A stretch of 64,000 nt of DNA from positions 3,689 through 67,688 of IMG/VR virus record IMGVR_UViG_3300042447_000151. One strand, 5' to 3'. The notes under the pieces were generated by a model. It was not told where the DNA came from, did no database searches, and worked only from the letters and a program-made list of their open reading frames with translations. The DNA comes from a virus. This document shows, in pieces, positions 25,701 through 32,900 of the stretch (position 1 is the first letter of the stretch; the number at the start of each line of letters is the position of its first letter). Made by a program: the position numbers and the translations under genes.

Positions 25701-27436
25701 AACACCTAATTTTCTTGTTATTGTTGTCGGTAAGTGCCTCCGCACAGACTGTTAAACTTTACTTTCCTAACGACACTAATAATTTAAATACCAAAGGCAA
25801 TGTAATCAACAAAGGTGACACGTTGGATGTAGAAGTACACGCAGATGGTAGTGGCAACCTAAGTACTCGTGCTTTGTATTTTGATTTTGAGTATCCTAAT
25901 AATGCCTTGCAGTTAATCAATGTAACAAACTCAAATACCATCTTGCCTGCTAACTCGCAGTCAACAATGAGTTATTATCTTTACCCTGGTTATGCTTGGC
26001 AATCAACCTCGGCTAATAATGTCGCAGATGGCAATGTTCGTTATTATAATTCATCCTACACCTTTACTCAAGGTGGCCCAAAAACAATTATGCGTGTCTA
26101 CTTAAACTGGTCAGTGAATAGTGGTGGCCTAGGAAAGGGGATGTTATTAAACTTAAAGTATAAATTAAAGACTGATGCACCAGGTTTTGCATGGGACCCG
26201 ATTAGAATGAACTTTGCGGCAGCGTTCAATCAAAATGGTAGCAATGGATCAACAGTAATGACTACTCCATTAACGAGTGTTATTATGCTTGACCCAACAG
26301 CGAGCAAATACTTAACGGCCTCTATTGATGCGAATGCTAATGTGACTCCTATGTCATTGCACAGAGTAGCATTTACCGATTCGGTAACTAATCAAACATA
26401 CACCGTAGATGCTTTGTCAGATGGGACCATCCCTGTTGACCAAACTAGATTTGCGGCTAATACTGTTTATCATGTTAGAGTATTGTTCAACATGGACACA
26501 ATTAAGGACTTGTCTTCTGCTGCTGTGACTGTTTCGGATTACACCACAGCACAGGCTGAGTTTATTTCGCAGAATCTAGACGGAACATTTAAGAATCAAT
26601 CTATCATCACAGGTATGGGCTATTATGCAGCTGATGTTAATAGAAATAAAGTTTTTGATGCAGGAGACTTAGTTAGGTTGTTCTCTCAGGTGTCGGGTGT
26701 AGATAATTTAGTCACCTTGCCTACAGGTTATGTAGCAGGTACAGATATGTACATGAGTGCTCCAACATTCACTGAGGCAGAGTTTAATGCAGCATCCGCA
26801 TCTTCTTGGAAGAACTTTACTAAGAACTATGTTCGCTTTAAGACCTCGACTATTGGGCAGAACCTGCCATTAAAATTACGCTACGTAATACCTGGCGACA
26901 TTAACCGCAGTCATAGCTCCCAGGTGGTCATTAATAATGCCATTGCAACCAACGCTATACCTAGTTTAAAGAAAAATTTTGATGCATCTCAAACAGCAAG
27001 ATTACTGATAACTACACCTGATGGTATTGATGTTAGTTTAAAGAACGTGACCATTACTTCTAGTACGATTGACATTCCTGTTAAAATTAACACTAATACG
27101 AAACAAGTATCAGCATTACAGTTTGAGTTTGTTTACGACCCAACTAAAGTTAAGTTTGAGCAACTTATTAATGAGGTGCCTAACACATGGTACACATTTG
27201 TGGACAACCAAGAAGGCAAGGTTAGATTTGGTTCTTTGGATAGAGAATTAAAGACTCCAATCTCAGGTGAATTAACTCCGTTCAAATTACGCTTTAGCTC
27301 AATAGGTAATCCTTTGGATATCAATACCTACATTAAAGTAACACCTAACATGGATGCGAGCTCTAAGACTGGCTACCAATTAGGCATTAATTTATCAACC
27401 GACTCGATCAAGTTGACGGGTTATAACAACTTCTAA
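25697..27436 (+). CDS. Secreted cohesin-dockerin-cohesin protein
   Basis: Signal peptide (SASA-Q); cohesin-like GDTLDVEV..ALYFDFEY; dockerin/EF-hand AADVNRNKVFDAGDL; C-terminal cohesin IDIPVKI..VSALQFEFVYDPTKVKF..GKVRFG. Confidence 0.7.
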   Translation: MKHLIFLLLLSVSASAQTVKLYFPNDTNNLNTKGNVINKGDTLDVEVHADGSGNLSTRALYFDFEYPNNALQLINVTNSNTILPANSQSTMSYYLYPGYAWQSTSANNVADGNVRYYNSSYTFTQGGPKTIMRVYLNWSVNSGGLGKGMLLNLKYKLKTDAPGFAWDPIRMNFAAAFNQNGSNGSTVMTTPLTSVIMLDPTASKYLTASIDANANVTPMSLHRVAFTDSVTNQTYTVDALSDGTIPVDQTRFAANTVYHVRVLFNMDTIKDLSSAAVTVSDYTTAQAEFISQNLDGTFKNQSIITGMGYYAADVNRNKVFDAGDLVRLFSQVSGVDNLVTLPTGYVAGTDMYMSAPTFTEAEFNAASASSWKNFTKNYVRFKTSTIGQNLPLKLRYVIPGDINRSHSSQVVINNAIATNAIPSLKKNFDASQTARLLITTPDGIDVSLKNVTITSSTIDIPVKINTNTKQVSALQFEFVYDPTKVKFEQLINEVPNTWYTFVDNQEGKVRFGSLDRELKTPISGELTPFKLRFSSIGNPLDINTYIKVTPNMDASSKTGYQLGINLSTDSIKLTGYNNF

Positions 27437-27437
27437 G

Positions 27438-27800
27438 ATGCAAAGACTTATTATATTGTTATTTTTGTTATTTGTAATTTCGTGTCAGGAAATTGACGTG
27501 ATTCAAGAACCTATTAATCTAGGTGCTGAGTCAAAAGTCATGGCTGTTAATTCAGCTGTTGTAAAGAATAATGCACTTGAGGTCACATTAGCTACAACAC
27601 CAGGAGCAAAGTATGCATTAGCAATATATACTTTTGGTGGCAAAGAGCCTGTAAGAAAATTAGGGTTTACTGCAGATAGTCATATTAGCTTTAAAAAGAT
27701 TAGTTTAGATACATTAAAACATGGGATGTATGACCTAAAAGTGATTAACATCTCAGGGGAAGAAATAAAAAGACCAATTAACCACAATAACTATTTATAA
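27438..27800 (+). CDS. Lipoprotein consisting of a T9SS C-terminal-domain-like Ig fold
   Basis: Signal II ending FVISC; IYTFGGK.V...ISLDTLKHGMYDLKVINISG resembles a type A CTD. Confidence 0.55.
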   Translation: MQRLIILLFLLFVISCQEIDVIQEPINLGAESKVMAVNSAVVKNNALEVTLATTPGAKYALAIYTFGGKEPVRKLGFTADSHISFKKISLDTLKHGMYDLKVINISGEEIKRPINHNNYL

Positions 27801-27801
27801 A

Positions 27802-28104
27802 ATGGCAGAAGAACAAGAAGGTGGAGGCTCATTAAAGAGCATCCTTATCGGATTAGCAAGTACTATCGCACTAGGTGTAGGTGGTTATGTAACAAAGCAA
27901 TTAACAGGAGAAGAGGAGGCAGCACAACCTGCTGCTGTGTCAGCACCTGCACCTGTGATTAACATCACAACCAATAACACCCAACAACAAAAGCAAGTTG
28001 CTTCAGCTGGCGGCACAAAGATTGTTGAGCGTGTTGTAGAAAAACCTGCAGCACCTAAGAAGAAGACTGAGAAAGAAGCGTTAGCTGAAGAACCAAAATG
28101 GTAA
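27802..28104 (+). CDS. Single-TM protein with low-complexity tail
   Basis: ILIGLASTIALGVGGYV TM; P/A/Q/K-rich tail ending EEPKW. Confidence 0.6.
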   Translation: MAEEQEGGGSLKSILIGLASTIALGVGGYVTKQLTGEEEAAQPAAVSAPAPVINITTNNTQQQKQVASAGGTKIVERVVEKPAAPKKKTEKEALAEEPKW

Positions 28105-28805
28105 GATGGAATATTTGCTTATTGCTCTTATCGTTTGCATCCTTTGGGCAGATTGCAACGACCAAAACGGAGGTTTATCAGGCTAGTTTTGAGAAGAAGA
28201 TTAACATCGACTCGTTGATGGACTATGATGGACCAAAAGTTCCCATCCAATTATTGTCAGTTGGCATTAATGAAGATGTGTATGCGGCATATCCTGAGTT
28301 GAAAGACAAGCGTGTAGGTCTAGGTGTAACTAATATTGTGGTTGAGTTTTTGGAAGAGACTAATCGCTTTACGTTCACAGAAGACAAAGCTGAGATTAAA
28401 AACCGTATGGTCAAGCAGTTTCAAGCATCACAGGCAGGCATCTCAGAGAACAAACTAGACGGACGTGGCAAGATTAAACTTGCTCAGTACTTTGTGTACA
28501 TCGAGTGTTACGACTTCTCGGTTAGTGAAGATGAGTCTATCTCGTTAAAAGATGGAGCCAAGCAAACTGTGGTAACAAGAATGGGTTTACAAGTTAAGTT
28601 TGTGAACGCAGAGACAGGAGAGTATTTTACAGGTTCAGGCTTGGGTGAGGCAAAGACTACACGTGAGGCAACATTGATGAATGACGGGAACTTCGCAGAA
28701 ATTAAATTTAATCAATCTACAATAGGTACGACAACAAAGAAAGCGTTGGAGAATGCCGCAAGTAAAATTATTGTCAGAATGATTAAGAAGAAAATCTTTA
28801 AATGA
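28098..28805 (+). CDS. CsgG/HfaB-family (curli transport-like) protein
   Basis: Signal peptide; GLGVTNIVVEFLEETNRF...E, AQYFVYIECYDFS, MGLQVKFVNAETGEYFTGSG.G typical of the CsgG fold. Confidence 0.7.
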   Translation: MVRWNICLLLLSFASFGQIATTKTEVYQASFEKKINIDSLMDYDGPKVPIQLLSVGINEDVYAAYPELKDKRVGLGVTNIVVEFLEETNRFTFTEDKAEIKNRMVKQFQASQAGISENKLDGRGKIKLAQYFVYIECYDFSVSEDESISLKDGAKQTVVTRMGLQVKFVNAETGEYFTGSGLGEAKTTREATLMNDGNFAEIKFNQSTIGTTTKKALENAASKIIVRMIKKKIFK

Positions 28806-29935
28806 AATGGTTAGTTACTATAGCCATACTTATCTTAGCCACGACTACGTACGCACAAACACTTACGCAGGTGTTCGTAGATCCGTGCAGTGGCAGGGTA
28901 ACAACTGTAGTAGTACCATTAGCGGGCGGCAGAACTACCGTGGTCTACCGAGGACAATACAGGGTAGTGACGGCAAACGATATTACAAGTGGAGCACTCC
29001 AAGCATGGATAAATGAGTTAACAATTAACTTCCCTTGTCCACAAGCAACTTTGGCTGTACAACAGACAGTAGCCAACGCAGTATCTCAAGCAGTAGCAAC
29101 AGCCACAAGTGCTGCAACATCAGCGGCAACTAGTGCTGCTACATCGGCAGCCACCTCAGCAGCTACATCAACCCCAGCTCCTGTAGCCGAGAGTAAATCA
29201 GAAACCAAAACAGAATCTAAAAGTGAAGAGCAAAAGTCCGAAAGTGGGGGCAAAAGTAAGTCCGAAAAGAAAAGCGAGAGTAAAGCCAAGTCGTCTTCGT
29301 CGAATCCAATTATTTATTCTTCGGATTTTACGGTCGCTCCGACTAGTGAAATAGTATCTATTATTGCTAGTGTTGGGATGAGCCAAGCCTCATTGATGGG
29401 TAATTCATCTTGGGGAATTAACTCTATGATATGGTCAACCTTCGACCAATTCGCATTAGGTGGACGCTACACCATGATGAACTTCAATGGTGGTAAGCTA
29501 GAGTCTATCTCAAACTTTGGCGTTACAGGCGTTTATTTAGCAGGAAATGTGTTAGGCTTCGGAACGGCTGCTTACATCTTCCCTATGAGCAAGTATGGAA
29601 CCACAGGAGCCAACTACACGTTATCACTTGCTGGTGCGGGAGAAGAGTTGAACGTGTCTAATAATATTATGCTATTCTACACCGTTCCAATCAAGATAAA
29701 TCGATACGTATCCATTAGTCCTGATATATACGTATCAGGATCATCGACAGGCTATCTAACCAAGCAGAAAGTATTTGTGACTAGTAATGATATAGGCATT
29801 CTAACAGGTGCTTCATTTGATATCGCACTGACTAAACGCTTTAAGTTTAACTTTGCTTTAAAGACAGGGTTGAACACTAATCCTGCCGTGCCTCAGTCTT
29901 ATCTTGGAATGATAGGTACTAAAATAAACTTATAA
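28802..29935 (+). CDS. Secreted protein with (ATSA)n/ESKS linker and C-terminal outer-membrane beta-barrel
   Basis: Signal peptide (TYA-Q), Cys pair DPC...FPC, ATSA repeats, amphipathic strands ending IGTKINL. Confidence 0.6.
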   Translation: MKWLVTIAILILATTTYAQTLTQVFVDPCSGRVTTVVVPLAGGRTTVVYRGQYRVVTANDITSGALQAWINELTINFPCPQATLAVQQTVANAVSQAVATATSAATSAATSAATSAATSAATSTPAPVAESKSETKTESKSEEQKSESGGKSKSEKKSESKAKSSSSNPIIYSSDFTVAPTSEIVSIIASVGMSQASLMGNSSWGINSMIWSTFDQFALGGRYTMMNFNGGKLESISNFGVTGVYLAGNVLGFGTAAYIFPMSKYGTTGANYTLSLAGAGEELNVSNNIMLFYTVPIKINRYVSISPDIYVSGSSTGYLTKQKVFVTSNDIGILTGASFDIALTKRFKFNFALKTGLNTNPAVPQSYLGMIGTKINL

Positions 29936-29946
29936 GTTCTTTTTCG

Positions 29947-29954
29947 TATTTTTG
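29947..29954 (+). promoter_or_regulatory. TAnnTTTG promoter for tail fibre
   Basis: TATTTTTG 26 nt upstream of ATG 29981. Confidence 0.55.
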
Positions 29955-29980
29955 CTAGATAATAAGCAAAGACATTTTCA

Positions 29981-32900
29981 ATGGCGAGAATACAAACCTA
30001 CCCCAATGATATATTTGTTACCGGAAACGATAAGTGGATAGGTAGCGACGCTAACAACGACTTCATAACCAAAAACTTTACAGCCAACGCTGTAGCGGAA
30101 TACTTCAATCGTGTAGGTATTATTGATACAGGTAGTTTTAATTGGTCATACAGAATGTATGCACCGACAGAATCTCAGCCTGCTAAGACGTTTGAGTTAA
30201 TTGACCATCCATTTGATACGGTAGATGTAATTGGACTCGCAGGAACCATCAAGGTTTCTTTCTTAACCATGGCCAACACAGAGCCTGGTATATTCATTGA
30301 AGAAGTTTGGAATGACAAGATTATTCTTGTTAATCGACCAGGATTCCCTAGTGAATACGGACTATACAAAGTAACATCTGTCGTTGAAGATGGCGATTAC
30401 TATTTCTTAGACTTAGATTTTATTGGTGGTAACTCAGGAACTATTTCTGAAGACGAGCCGGTTACATTTGGCTTATTCACAGGCGTGAGTGGTACAAGTG
30501 GTACTACAGGTACTTCAGGTACAAGTGGTACGACAGGTACATCAGGCACTAGTGGTACAGATGGCACAAGTGGTTCATCAGGTACTACAGGCACATCAGG
30601 TTCTTCAGGAACAGATGGTACAAGCGGTTCATCAGGCACAACAGGTACATCAGGCTCATCAGGAACAGGTGGTACATCAGGCACTAGCGGAACGAACGGT
30701 TCAGGTGGTACCTCAGGTACACGTGGTACGTCAGGTACGTCAGGTATTGATGGTATCGACGGAACAGACGGTACGTCAGGCACGAGTGGCACAGACGGAA
30801 CAGGAGGGACTAGTGGTACTACAGGAACTAGCGGTACGTCAGGTATTGACGGAACTAGCGGTTCAGGTGGAACTAGTGGAACTAGTGGAGTTAACGGTAC
30901 ATCAGGTACAGGAGGAACAAGTGGTACAGATGGTACTGGCGGTACTTCGGGTACAGATGGTACGGGTGGCACAAGCGGAACTTCAGGATCTAGTGGCTCG
31001 TCAGGTATTGATGGTACTTCAGGAGTAAATGGTACCTCAGGTATTGATGGTACTAGTGGGTCTAGTGGATCTTCAGGAGAGTCTGGTACTTCGGGTACTA
31101 CAGGTACATCAGGATCATCTGGTTCGTCGGGTTCATCAGGATTAACAGGATCATCAGGTACATCAGGTACTAATGGTACAGGTGGTACGTCAGGACAAAA
31201 CGGTATAGCAACAGGTAGAATTTATTATTTAAACTACTCTCAAGCTGGCTCTGTTTCTCCTTACAAAAACCTATCTGAAACACCAACTTCTTTATTAACT
31301 CCGTCTACTGTACCTGTTTCATTAGCAGGCAATCAAGATAATGTATTAGTAGCTCAATTTATCACAGAAGAGTTAGGCTTTACTATTATACCTTCAGGTG
31401 TACAAAGATTTACACTAGAATTCCTTAAGCAAAGTGAGGGGCATGATTTGTCTACTTATGTATTAATTCAGTTTACAGAAAGCGACGGAACGCCTATTGG
31501 TTCACCTGTAAGTACAAATACTTCTCCATTGCTATGGGTAGATAACACAACTCCTACTAATACTTATGTTGATGCGGTATTCCCGACTACGCCTATTGAC
31601 CCAACATGGAAAGTATTAATTAGTTTATATGCAAACAATAATGATGCTGGTTCTAGAAATATTACTTTTTACACAGAAAACGCTGAGTACTCTTATGTAA
31701 TCACATCAATAGGATTTGAGTCGGGAACATCGGGTACGGCAGGCACAAGTGGTGTTAACGGTACTAGTGGTTCATCAGGTCTTACAGGTTCATCAGGAAC
31801 TAGCGGAGAATCGGGTACTAGTGGCACCTCAGGAGCTGACGGTACTAGCGGAGTAAGTGGTACGTCAGGCGTGAGTGGTACATCAGGAGTAGATGGTACA
31901 AGCGGTGTTAGTGGTAGCAGTGGCACAAGTGGGGAAAGTGGTTCAAGCGGAAGTTCAGGAGCAAGCGGCACAAGTGGAGTATCAGGTACGTCAGGTATTA
32001 ACGGAACCTCAGGTGTTAACGGTACTAGTGGGGTTAACGGTACATCAGGCACTTCAGGTGTGAACGGAACCTCAGGATCATCAGGAACAACTCCAGTTGG
32101 TCAGATTACAGGTACGCTAACAACTAATACAATACCTAAAGCTACAGGTACTAATACAATTGGTAATAGTATTATAACTGAATCATCAGGCTCAATTACT
32201 GTTTCAGGTGCTGCTGTCGATAACTACGTTGCTAGTTTTATTAACACTGATGGAGGCTCTGCGGGTATATATGTGAAGGCAGATGGCCCTGCATTTGTTT
32301 GCGAGCCATTGTCATTGGTTGGAGGAATAACTCTAAACTCAGATGGTTCAGCTTCATTTAGTGGAGACATTACTGCTAATAAATACATTAAAGTAGGTGG
32401 TACATCCTCTCAGTTCTTAATGGCTGATGGCTCTGTTTCAACAGGTCCTGCAGGTGGGATTACAGGTTCGTTGACTACAAACTTTATTCCTAGAGCAACA
32501 GGTACAACTACATTAGGAAATAGTACTCTACAAACAGATGCTTCAGGTGATTTAGGATTAGGAGTTGCACCAAGTGCAGGTGGATTAAGTGGGTATTCTT
32601 TATTTGAAATAGCGAATGGTGGTGCATCAATTTATGCCGGTGCTAATCAATCTTTATGGGGGACAAATATAGCTTGGAATGTAGCAACACCAAATTATAA
32701 AACTAGCAGTTTTGCAACTGTTTATAATCAACAAAGCGGTCAACATATTTGGTACACAGCTGCATCAGGTACAGCAGGTGGAGCTATTAGTTGGTCACAA
32801 CCAATGACATTATTTGCTAATGGAAACTTAGCAGTAGGGCCAACTACCGATGCAGGATACAAACTTGATGTTAATGGTACAGTTAGATTTGTTGGACCAC

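Noticed and set aside
30400-32052. Minus-strand (VP/LVP)n ORFs and the +1-frame VQVVLQ ORF over the fibre gene
   Set aside because: Shadow frames of the GTS coding repeat; no independent start context
30482-32092. Possible CRISPR array or DNA tandem repeat
   Set aside because: Period is 9 nt at protein level with variable codons; there are no constant repeats with unique spacers and no cas genes
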